A DNA stretch of 43,446 nucleotides from a virus. Lineage: Duplodnaviria; Caudoviricetes. How positions within the stretch are numbered: position 1 is the first letter of the stretch; every line of letters starts with the position of its first letter. This document shows, in pieces, positions 1-9,200 of the stretch. The stretch covers positions 1-43,446 of the IMG/VR virus record IMGVR_UViG_3300005764_000032. One strand, written 5' to 3'. A program made the position numbers and the translations under genes. The notes beneath the pieces are model-generated. The model saw only the letters and a program-made list of their open reading frames with translations. It searched no databases and was not told the origin of the DNA.

Positions 1-68
1 GTACCCGGGAAAGACAGAAACCGCTGGCGGTCGACTAACCGGTCAGATGCAGATCACAGGTTAGGCAC

Positions 69-97
69 AAAAAGGCCCTCCTGGCAACAGGAGGGCC
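69..97 (-). terminator. Intrinsic terminator-like hairpin (leftward)
   Basis: GGCCCTCCTG-GCAA-CAGGAGGGCC is a perfect 10-bp stem (74-97). It is preceded by A5 (69-73), which gives a U-tract on the minus strand. Confidence 0.6.
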
Positions 98-154
98 CCT
101 CTGTCGCCCCGAGCCCTTTATGTGGTCCGGTGCATTGTCCAGCGTACACCTGTC

Positions 155-212
155 CGTGAAACATGTTTCACGCCGGCTGATCTCAAAACCTCTGGCGTGA
201 AACGGTTTCACG
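155..212. promoter_or_regulatory. Two related palindromes upstream of terS (protein-binding or packaging sites)
   Basis: CGTGAAACATGTTTCACG (155-172) and CGTGAAACGGTTTCACG (196-212). Confidence 0.55.
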
Positions 213-230
213 GGCGTAAAGTGGCCGGCA

Positions 231-824
231 ATGGCGCAGCGCTGCTCGCTTTGCGCGCATGTCCGGCGGGCCGAGGCTGACGCCGCCCTGCGCAAGGCTC
301 ACAACGTCAGCGAGCTGTCGCGTGAGCTGGGCGTCAGTCGCCAGGCCATCTTGCGCCACCGCACCAGCCACCTCGCCCCTGATCACGCCAGGGTCGCGCC
401 GCAGGAACCGACGCCGCTGCGGCCGCGGCCCAAGACCGACCCGCAGACGGCGTTTCTGACCAGCTACGCGGCCAGCGGCGACCTGCGCCAGGCGCTCAAG
501 GACGGCGACATCGCCAGGGCCCAGCTCAGGAAGTGGCAGGAGCACGACGAGGCTTTCGCGCTGCGCTTCCACCAGGCCGAGGCCGAGGCGGTGGAGCACC
601 TCGAGGCCGAGGCCAGGATCCGCGCCGTGGCCGGTTCGAAGATGACCCGACGGGTGTACCGCCAGGGCCTGCTGTACGAGGAGATCCACGAGTGGCGGCC
701 CAGCGACGCCATGCTGGTCAAGCTGCTGCAGGCGCACAAGCCCGAGAAGTACAGCGATAAGTTGACAGTAACGCAGACGACGGTGGTCAAGGCGCTCGAC
801 AAAGAAGCCTGGGATCAGGTCTGA
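231..824 (+). CDS. terS: Terminase small subunit-like protein
   Basis: HTH-like segments and the 'LEAEARIRAVAG...SDAMLVKLLQAHKPEKY' motif typical of TerS. Coupled to terL by TGATG. Confidence 0.8.
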   Translation: MAQRCSLCAHVRRAEADAALRKAHNVSELSRELGVSRQAILRHRTSHLAPDHARVAPQEPTPLRPRPKTDPQTAFLTSYAASGDLRQALKDGDIARAQLRKWQEHDEAFALRFHQAEAEAVEHLEAEARIRAVAGSKMTRRVYRQGLLYEEIHEWRPSDAMLVKLLQAHKPEKYSDKLTVTQTTVVKALDKEAWDQV

Positions 825-2206
825 TGCCCGCGCTGGCGCCGCACACCGAGCGGCTCAACGCCGAGCTGGTGGTGGAGCGTCCCGTCAGCGCCCGCGGCCT
901 CGGCGACGACACCCGCCCGTACCGTCCGCACGGCGCCAACGCCGAGCTGTTCCGCGCCAGGGAGCACGAGGTGGTCATGGAGGGCCCGGCCGACTGCGGC
1001 AAGTCCAGGGCCTGCCTCGAGAAGCTGCACGCCGCGATGACCAAGTATCCGGGCGCGCGCGCCGCGATCGTCAGGAAGACCCGCAAGAGCCTCACCAGCA
1101 CGGCCATGGCCACCTTCGAGCGCCAGGTCGCTCCGGAAGGATCGTGTCGGCTGTGGCACGACGAGGAGTACCGCTACCCGAACGGCTCCAAGGTGTACCT
1201 GTTCGGGCTCGACGACCCTGAGCGGCTGAAGTCGTTCGAGGGCGACATGATCTACGTCCAGGAGATCAGCGAACTCGGCAAAGAGGAGTACGAGCTGCTC
1301 ACCACCCGCATCACCGGGCGCGGCGCGACCATGCCCTACCAGCAGCTCGTCGCCGACCTCAACCCGCGCGAGCCGAACTGGTGGCTGTACGAGCGCGAGC
1401 GGGCCGGCACGACCCGCTTCATCAAGGTCACTCATGCCGACAACCCGACCATCACGCCCGAGCGTCTGGCCCCGCTCGAGGCCCTGAGCGGCTACCTGCG
1501 CGATCGGCTGCTGCTCGGGCTGCGCGTCGCGGCCGAGGGCATGTACTTCACCGAGTTCGATCCGCGCCTGCACCTGATCGAGACGCGCGACCTGCCAGAG
1601 GACTGGATCCGCTGGGTGGCGGTGGACTGGGGCTTCGCCCACCCCTGGGTCGCGCTGTGGTTCGCCCGCGACAAGCCCGGCGGCCACATCTACGTCTATC
1701 GGGAGATCAGCGCTGCCCAGCTGCGCGACGAGCAGCAGGCCCAGCTGATCGTCGAGCGCAGCCAGGGCGAACGGATCCAGCTGGTGGTGCTCGACCCGTC
1801 GATGTTCAACGCCAGAACCGAGCAGATGCGCCCGAGTATCGCCCAGATCTACGCCGCGTACGGCGTCCAGGACATGGCCGCCGGCGGCATGGCGCCCGGC
1901 TTCAACAACCGGACCCAGGGCTGGGCGGTGGTGCGGCGAGCGCTGGCGCATGGTGAACAGGCCGCGGCCCAACGCAAGGTCGAGCTGCACGACCTGCCGC
2001 GGCTCAAGATCATGCACCAGCGCTGCCCGCAGCTGACCAGGAATCTGCCAGCCATGGTCATGGACCCGCTCGATCACGAGGACGTCGCTGACAAGCTCGG
2101 CAACACCCGCACGCCAGATGACGAGGTTGATGCGCTGCGCTACGGCCTGTGTGCCGAAGCCCAGCCAGGCCAGGAAGAGGCGACTGGGAGTCTGAAATGG
2201 TCCTGA
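824..2206 (+). CDS. terL: Terminase large subunit (PBSX/Terminase_3-like)
   Basis: Walker A EGPADCGKS, Walker B-like IYVQE, LNP coupling motif, and nuclease motifs VAVDWGFAHP and DDEVDALRY. Confidence 0.95.
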   Translation: MPALAPHTERLNAELVVERPVSARGLGDDTRPYRPHGANAELFRAREHEVVMEGPADCGKSRACLEKLHAAMTKYPGARAAIVRKTRKSLTSTAMATFERQVAPEGSCRLWHDEEYRYPNGSKVYLFGLDDPERLKSFEGDMIYVQEISELGKEEYELLTTRITGRGATMPYQQLVADLNPREPNWWLYERERAGTTRFIKVTHADNPTITPERLAPLEALSGYLRDRLLLGLRVAAEGMYFTEFDPRLHLIETRDLPEDWIRWVAVDWGFAHPWVALWFARDKPGGHIYVYREISAAQLRDEQQAQLIVERSQGERIQLVVLDPSMFNARTEQMRPSIAQIYAAYGVQDMAAGGMAPGFNNRTQGWAVVRRALAHGEQAAAQRKVELHDLPRLKIMHQRCPQLTRNLPAMVMDPLDHEDVADKLGNTRTPDDEVDALRYGLCAEAQPGQEEATGSLKWS

Positions 2207-2733
2207 GCGCGCAGCACTTCCGTGAGCTGACCAACGGTTACGAGAAGACCACCACCGGACTGTGGACGCACCGCGGCCGGCTCCAGGTCCTGGGCGGACC
2301 AGTGGATTTGCCGGCCGGCAGCATCGACACCGCCGAGATCGCCGCGGGTGCGGTTCAGTCGCTGGTTGGTTCGGTCTCGAGCGGGACCGCCTGGAACACC
2401 ACCACCTCCGGTAGCTGGGTCGAAACACCGTTCCAGTTCAGCGGATCCTGCAGCGGTGAACGGATCCGGGTCGAGGGCCAGATCTGCCTCAGCCACAGCG
2501 TAGCTGGAGCACAGCTCTACATCGGCTGGGGTCTCGACCACAGCGTGGCTCGAGCGTGTGCGTACTTCACGCTAGCGGCGGGCCAGACGATCAGCTACAC
2601 ACTGGTCGATTACGCCCAGCCGACCCCCGGAGCGCACACCTTTTCGATCTACGTCTACAACGGCACGGTCGGCACGCTGACGTTTGTCAACAACATCAAC
2701 GCCCAGTTGTTCGCCCACGAGCAGAAACGATGA
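2197..2733 (+). CDS. Fibre/spike-like virion protein (hypothetical)
   Basis: SD GGGAG before ATG 2197. Contains the AGSIDTAEIAAGAV fibre-stalk-like motif followed by a beta-rich C-terminal domain. Confidence 0.55.
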   Translation: MVLSAQHFRELTNGYEKTTTGLWTHRGRLQVLGGPVDLPAGSIDTAEIAAGAVQSLVGSVSSGTAWNTTTSGSWVETPFQFSGSCSGERIRVEGQICLSHSVAGAQLYIGWGLDHSVARACAYFTLAAGQTISYTLVDYAQPTPGAHTFSIYVYNGTVGTLTFVNNINAQLFAHEQKR

Positions 2734-4853
2734 GCATGATCAGTTCGCCCCCCAGCGGCTGGTTCAAGTCCAGCAACTCCGACCAGGATGCCATGGAGCG
2801 GGCCACGATCGAGCTGGCGGAGGAGATGCGCCTGCAGTTTCGCGACCGTGACGAGCTGTATCGTGACATCGACGCGGTCTTGTTCGGTGAGCTACCGGTT
2901 GAAATACCCGAGGCTTACCGCAAGACCGCGGTTGAGGTCCGCTCGCCGCTGGCACTGCACATCGCCAACACCGTTACCGCCGCGCTGTCGGTCAATCCGA
3001 TGAGTGTGGTGTTCAAACCGATCGGCTTCGGCGACATCTACCAGCAGAATTCGACACTGCGCGAGCACTTCTTCGAGTCCAGCTTCAAGCGTCAGGAGTC
3101 CGAGGCGCGGCGGCAGCTGCTGCGCCTGTTCATGTGGAGCCTGGCGGTCAAAGGCGAGGGCATCCTGAAGACGGTCGAGCGGTGCAAGACGGCCTGGGGT
3201 GACTACGACGAGAAGTCGCAGGAGCTGGAGAAGCAGCTCACGACGATGAAAGAGTACGACCAGGACGCTCGAGATCGCGTGTACCACCAGCAGACTGAGG
3301 ACTACAAGCTGGCGCTGCCGTACCCGATCGCCACCACCGACGTGCCGCCCGAGACCTTCTACTACTCCAAAAACGAAAACGGGCTCACCTCCGCCGTCGA
3401 GATCAAAGAGCTGCCCTACCTGGACTGCCTGGAGCGGTTTGGAGCTGGACTCAACTCGCACGGCGACGTGGTCGATCCACAGACCTGGAGTGGCTACGAC
3501 CAGCGCGCGGTCCAGCTCGCCCGCGCGGAGTGGCCGCGCATCATGAGTGGCAAGAACGAGCGCACCATCCGCTGCATCGAGGCCTGGGATTATCAGGTTC
3601 AGGTGATCCTGCTCCAGGGCCCCAACCAGCGTCACCGCAGCGGTTCGATGGGTGAAGGCACGCTGTGCCGGGTCATCCACCACAGCTACGGTGACCCGAT
3701 CCTGAAGACGCTCCGCGGTCCGTACTTCCACGCCCTGGGCACGACCACCGCCTCGAGGTTGCCGGAGCACGCTGGGCTGAGCATCCTGTTCGGCTTCTTG
3801 CGTCTGTTTCCGCTGCTGGATTCGCTGCTCACGATGCAGGGCCAGGCGGCGTACACGACGTTCTACCCGGCCTACAAGAAGACCACCCCGCCGGGCACGC
3901 TGCCCGGCCTGCCCGCGATGCCGTACGGCAACGATGGGCGCGAGACCAACGCCCAGACGGTTGAGCCCGGCAAGGTCTTCCCGTTCGATGTCAGCCCGAT
4001 CGACCAGCCCCACAGCGGCCTCGACGCCGACAAGCTGCTCGCCAACGTGCGCGAGATGATCGAGCTGGCGCTGCCGAGCGTGGTCCAGGGTGTGGTCGCC
4101 TCCGATCAGTCGGGCTACGCGCTGAACCAGGCCGCGTACCTGGCCCGCCTGGGCTGGGATCCGATCGTGTCCAACGCCGAAGTTGCGCTGGCCGAGCGGG
4201 TGGGCTTCGAGAGCTTCCTGATCGAGCACCGCATCGGCGAGCGGGTCTACGCCTGGGGCGAGCAGCAGGCCAAGAAGGGCCGCAAGACCATCAGTGGCCA
4301 GAGCAAGGCGGCCTGGCTAGGCGTCGGTCCGGACGACCTCAAGGGTGTGCACCGCTACGAAGTGAAGCTCGCACCCTCCACACCCTCGAACGAAATCATC
4401 GAGACGCGGGCGATCGGTGAGAAGATGCAGCTCAAGCTCATCACGTACGAGGACGCCGTCGAGCGCGCGGGATCGAATCCCGACGAGGTCGAAAAGAGCT
4501 GGCTGCTGCACGACCTCAAGAATAGCCAGGAGGTCCAGGCCGAGCTGAAGAACGTCATCTTCCAGAAGATCGCCACCATCCGCTCGCAGCGCATGCAGCA
4601 AGCTGGGCTGCCGAGCGCCGAAGAGCTGGCCGGCGTCGGCGCAACGGGTGTACCGGGTGGCACGCCGGGCACACCGCCGACCGGGGGGCCGGGTGGCATG
4701 CCGCCAAATCCTGTTCCGAGTCCCGGTGCAGGTCTTCCGATAGCCCCGCCTCCTCCTGCTGGTGTTGGATCTATGCCGCCAGGGGGTATTCCGGGGGCGC
4801 CCGTAGTGCCTGGTCCTCCGGCCAATGCGCTGCCGCTACCGGGAGGTGGCTGA
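2730..4853 (+). CDS. Portal protein (putative) with Pro/Gly-rich tail
   Basis: About 707 aa, lies after terL, has helical character and an ATGA overlap with the previous gene. The call rests mainly on position and size. Confidence 0.75.
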   Translation: MSMISSPPSGWFKSSNSDQDAMERATIELAEEMRLQFRDRDELYRDIDAVLFGELPVEIPEAYRKTAVEVRSPLALHIANTVTAALSVNPMSVVFKPIGFGDIYQQNSTLREHFFESSFKRQESEARRQLLRLFMWSLAVKGEGILKTVERCKTAWGDYDEKSQELEKQLTTMKEYDQDARDRVYHQQTEDYKLALPYPIATTDVPPETFYYSKNENGLTSAVEIKELPYLDCLERFGAGLNSHGDVVDPQTWSGYDQRAVQLARAEWPRIMSGKNERTIRCIEAWDYQVQVILLQGPNQRHRSGSMGEGTLCRVIHHSYGDPILKTLRGPYFHALGTTTASRLPEHAGLSILFGFLRLFPLLDSLLTMQGQAAYTTFYPAYKKTTPPGTLPGLPAMPYGNDGRETNAQTVEPGKVFPFDVSPIDQPHSGLDADKLLANVREMIELALPSVVQGVVASDQSGYALNQAAYLARLGWDPIVSNAEVALAERVGFESFLIEHRIGERVYAWGEQQAKKGRKTISGQSKAAWLGVGPDDLKGVHRYEVKLAPSTPSNEIIETRAIGEKMQLKLITYEDAVERAGSNPDEVEKSWLLHDLKNSQEVQAELKNVIFQKIATIRSQRMQQAGLPSAEELAGVGATGVPGGTPGTPPTGGPGGMPPNPVPSPGAGLPIAPPPPAGVGSMPPGGIPGAPVVPGPPANALPLPGGG

Positions 4854-5257
4854 TGACCATGATGGACGACATCGCCAACGACCTGAGCCTGTGGATCGAT
4901 CAGACCGCCGAGTCTGTCGCGGCCGCTTTCGCGCCGTCGCGTGCACCGTTTTCAGCGCACATCACCGAGGATCAGAAGCTCGACTTCTACCGGACCCGGT
5001 TGTTCAACCCGGACGGCTCACCCAACAGCCAGGGCCGCAACGAGGAGATCGCGCGCCTCGGCGCCGAAGGCTTCGGCCGCGTCTACCAGGCGGTGGTGCG
5101 GCGCTACCCGCAGCTGAAGCCGCCGGAGCCGGCGCCGATTACGGTGCCAGAACAGTGGCCAGGATCAGGCGGACCACCAGGATCAGGACCGCCCACAGGG
5201 CCAACGCCAGGACCAGGAGTAATGCCAGCGCTGCCGGGCGCACCGATGAGAGGGTAA
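4853..5257 (+). CDS. Hypothetical virion-associated protein, Pro-rich C-terminus
   Basis: TGATG coupling to the portal gene and high GC3 codon pattern. Confidence 0.7.
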   Translation: MTMMDDIANDLSLWIDQTAESVAAAFAPSRAPFSAHITEDQKLDFYRTRLFNPDGSPNSQGRNEEIARLGAEGFGRVYQAVVRRYPQLKPPEPAPITVPEQWPGSGGPPGSGPPTGPTPGPGVMPALPGAPMRG

Positions 5258-5260
5258 CCA

Positions 5261-6262
5261 ATGGCCTGGGATCCACAAGCCAGCACGGCCGCGCTGAACG
5301 CCGCGGGCTACGTCGATAACGCCGCGGGTCAGGCGGCTTTCCAGGCTGCCGGCGGTGGCGGCGGAACGCCGATGGCGACCTACGCCAACATCAACGCGTA
5401 CAACGCCCAGACCCAGCGCGCCAACCAGGCGGCGCAGGCGACGTATCAGCAGTCGATGGCGGCCAACGAGGGCGAGCGGATCGCGCTCGAGAAGGCCAAA
5501 TTCGCCTGGCAGCAGGAGATGGACAAGGCCGGCCTGACCGGCATGTACCAGGGCCAGTACACGATGCCTGTCCAGCAGTGGCAGGCGGAGCAGTTCGGCA
5601 CCTGGGGGGCTCCCAGCGCCGGTCAGCAGACGCTCGGTGCGCAGCAGCAGGCGTACCTCCAGGCCTACCAGAACGCTATGGCGTACGGTCAGTACTACGC
5701 CCCTGGTACGGCCCCGACACAGGGTCAGCAGACGCTGCTGGCGCAGAACCAGCAGTGGAACCAACAGCTCCAGGCGCTCCAGGAGGCGCGCGCGGCGCAG
5801 ACGGCACAGCAGCAGACCGCCCAGAGCTACCTGAATCTGCTCGGCCAGCTGCGCGGACCGGCCGACTGGGCCAAGTATCAGCAGGTCCTGGGCGCCACAC
5901 CGCAGGGCATGCGCGACCTGACTGCCGCGGCCATGGGCCAGTACATCCCTGGTGGTGGCGCGACCACCGGTCAGCAGCCGCAGGCGGCCAACCTGCAGAC
6001 GCTCCAGCAGCAGGTCGCGGGTAACGGCGGCGGAGCCGGCGCGCAGCCTGGCTCGCAGGACAATCCGCTCGGCCAACTGCCGCTGCCGAACCAGATCGCG
6101 GCCCAGAGCTGGAAGAACCTGGCGCCGTCGCAGCAGCAGATGCTACTCGGCGCGTACGAGTCCCAGGGCTGGGACAAGAACGACGTCCAGGCGCTGATGA
6201 ACCAGGGCCTGCCGCGCTACGCCAGCAACGCCGCGGGTGCGGGGACGTGGCGACTGCAGTAG
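5261..6262 (+). CDS. Gln/Ala-rich putative DNA ejection (pilot) protein
   Basis: Extremely Q/A/G-rich with internal GQQTL repeats. The composition resembles podovirus internal/ejection proteins. Confidence 0.55.
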   Translation: MAWDPQASTAALNAAGYVDNAAGQAAFQAAGGGGGTPMATYANINAYNAQTQRANQAAQATYQQSMAANEGERIALEKAKFAWQQEMDKAGLTGMYQGQYTMPVQQWQAEQFGTWGAPSAGQQTLGAQQQAYLQAYQNAMAYGQYYAPGTAPTQGQQTLLAQNQQWNQQLQALQEARAAQTAQQQTAQSYLNLLGQLRGPADWAKYQQVLGATPQGMRDLTAAAMGQYIPGGGATTGQQPQAANLQTLQQQVAGNGGGAGAQPGSQDNPLGQLPLPNQIAAQSWKNLAPSQQQMLLGAYESQGWDKNDVQALMNQGLPRYASNAAGAGTWRLQ

Positions 6263-6265
6263 CCC

Positions 6266-9200
6266 ATGACGATGCTCCCGGACGTCGACGAGCAGGCCTG
6301 GACCGATTACCAACGCGACCAGGCGCGGCGCGAGATGGAGCAGCACGTCGCCAGCTTCTCTGCGCGCCAGATGATGAGCGAGCAGATCGCGACGCTGCCC
6401 TCGAGCGATGCGCTGACCAATCCGCTCGGGGCAGCTCCACCGGCAGCTCCACTGCCTGAGCCAGCGCCAGAACCGGCCCCTCAGCCTGAGCCGTCACCGG
6501 AGCCCGTAGCAGCGCCGCAGCTGCCCTCGCCGTCAGCCCCTCCTCCGACCGACTTCGGATTGCCGAAGCCTGCTGCGGCCCCTGCTACGCAGCCGCAGGG
6601 CATCCAGGACTGGGTCGGCCAGAGCGCCGAAGCGGTGGGGCGCGCCGGGGGCGATGTCGGGGTCTACCTGAACAATCTGCGCATGGGCGGCGACGTGGTC
6701 GGCAGCGCGCTCAGCGCCGCGCTCCGGGCGGGGGCCAGTCCACAGGACTTCCTGTCCGGGTTGCCAGCGCCGCCCCAGGCCACTCCACCGCCACCGTCGG
6801 CTGCCGCCGGTGCAGCGGCGCAGCCCGGTGGCGACCTGCACGCTTACGCTCGCCAGGCGGCGCAGCAGCGCGGGCTGGACCCGGACATCTTCGAGCGTCA
6901 GATCCAGCAGGAGAGCGGCTTCAACCCTGCAGCCCGCTCTCCGGCTGGAGCCTCGGGCATCGCCCAGATCGTGCCCAAGTTCCACCCCACCGTCGATACC
7001 AGCGACCCGTACGCCAGTCTGGACTACGCCGCGGACCTGATGGCCACCAACCTGAAGCGCAACGGCGGCGACTACTCCCGAGCACTCGCTGCGTACAACG
7101 CCGGCCAGGGCGCGGTGGATCGCTACGACGGGATCCCGCCGTACGCCGAGACCCAGACCTACGTCAAGAAGATCATGGCCGGTGGTCAACCGGGGCCGCT
7201 GGGCAAGCTCGGCGAGCTGGCGGTGGATGCTGGTCGCGCGATCCGCTCGAAGGTCCAGGACATCAGCCAGTTCGGCAGTCCCGAGCTGACCGCCGACGAG
7301 GCCTACGCCGCGTGCGGACCGGCTGCCGCGGTGCGCTTCGCGAGCATGTACGGACGCAATCCGACCCTGCGCGAGGCAACCGATCTCGCGAAACAGGTGG
7401 GCTGGAACAGCGCTCAGGGCATGGCCGGCATCAGCTCGGAGCGGGCGCTGATGGACAAGCTGGGCGTGCCGACCAAGCTGGTGGCTGGCAACGACATCCA
7501 GTCCATGGCGCGCGAAGCCCAGAGCGGCAATCCGGTCACGATCTCGACCCAGGGCCACTACTTTTTCGCTGACGGCTACGACCCCACCAGCGGGGCCTTC
7601 CACGTCGGCCGCTCCGGGACCGACCTGCGGGGCGGTTCGGAGTGGATGACGCCGAACCAGATGGCCACGGTCATGGGTCCGATTCAGGGCGCGTTGCTGG
7701 CGGACAATCCGCAGGTGCCGGCGCCGAGCACCGCCGACGCTGACAGCAATCCACTGGGCTACCTGGGCCGCGTCAAAGACTCCATTACCAGCGGTCTGGG
7801 CGAGGCGACAACGGATCTGCTCGGGCGGATCCGGCCGGAGGTGTTGGGTACGAGTGGCCTGCCGGCTTCGGCACAGCCGATACCGTCAGATGTGCTCACG
7901 CAACCGGCTGGTCCGAGTCCGCTGCGCACGACCGAGCCGCCGATCAGCACCGCGCCGCTGCCGTCGCTCGAGGGCCCGGCGGTGCTGCCGTCGCTGGGTG
8001 AGGCCAAGGACGCGGTGCTGCGTGGTGATAGCCAGGGCGCGCTCGATGCGCTCGAGCGAGCCGGCTCGGCTGCGGCGACGAGCGCACCAGGCCAGGCCCT
8101 GGCGGAGAACCAGGCCAATCCACCGCTGGCGGGCGTACGCGAGCAGATCGCGAATGCTCCAGTCCTGGGCGGCGCGCTGGGCATGCTGCGCGGACCAGAG
8201 CTGCTGAGCGACGACGAGGTCCTGCACAGTCGTGACGCGCAGACCGCACGCACGATGCTGGAGAATGCGCGCCAGGCCAACCTGGACAGAGGCCGCGGTG
8301 ATACCAGCCCGATTACCGACCAGGAGGTGATTGACACCGCGCGCTCGTTCATGGTCGCGCAGGCGGTGGCGATGACTCACACCGGGGCTGGAGCACCGGA
8401 GCCGGGTGCAGCTGCGCCGCGTACGGCCCTGACCGGTGAACAGATCCTGCGCGACGCGATGACTGATCTGGATCGCTATCCACCCCAGATCGTGCAGGGT
8501 GTGCGCGAGTGGCTGGATCAGATGAATGCCAGTCCGTCGACGCTGGGCGGCACGCTCCAGCGGTGGATGGCGGAGAACCCGGTCGAGACTATTCCGCGCA
8601 TGGTGACCCCGTCAGAGGTTGAGTCCACCGTCAGAGATCTGACCAGCCGCGCTCGCGGCGGTGGTGGCGGAGCCGGCTACTTGCCTGGCGGGGCGCAGCA
8701 AGGCCAGCTTGGGCTCGGCCTGGGCGAAGACATCCCGCAACTGCCACATGGCGGTCCGGCTCCGCGCGGCTCAGAGTATCTGCCGGAGGGTCCACAGCCG
8801 GGGCAGACCGTGCTCGAGGGCTTCATTCCGCGCGACCTGGAGCTGCCGAAATTCATTCCAGACCGTGTTCAACAGATCTTGCAGCGATCGAACCAGGCGC
8901 TCGAGGATCGCGCTACTCCAGTTGACGGTGCTTTCATTCAGCAGTTGGCTGATAAGGCCGGGACAACTACTGACCGGCTGGAGCGGGTGTGGAAACCGGC
9001 CGAGTCGGCAGCCAATCACGACATCCTGCGCGCTATCAACCAGGCTCTGGATGATTCAGTTAGCGAGATGGGGCGGTTACAGGAAGCGGTCCGCAGCGAT
9101 CCCACCAGCAGCGATGCGGTGAGTGCGGTGGTCAGGCAGCTGACGCGTCACCAGGCGCTGCAGGAGGCGCTCGAGCGCCGGCCGCCAGAGGCTGGGCGGC

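Noticed and set aside
155-212. Canonical parS sites
   Set aside because: The half-sites are in reversed order, so they do not match the parS palindrome. Kept only as unexplained palindromes.
4640-5250. Pro/Gly-rich low-complexity repeats in the portal tail and the next gene
   Set aside because: They are explained by disordered protein tails and show no independent DNA-level structure.
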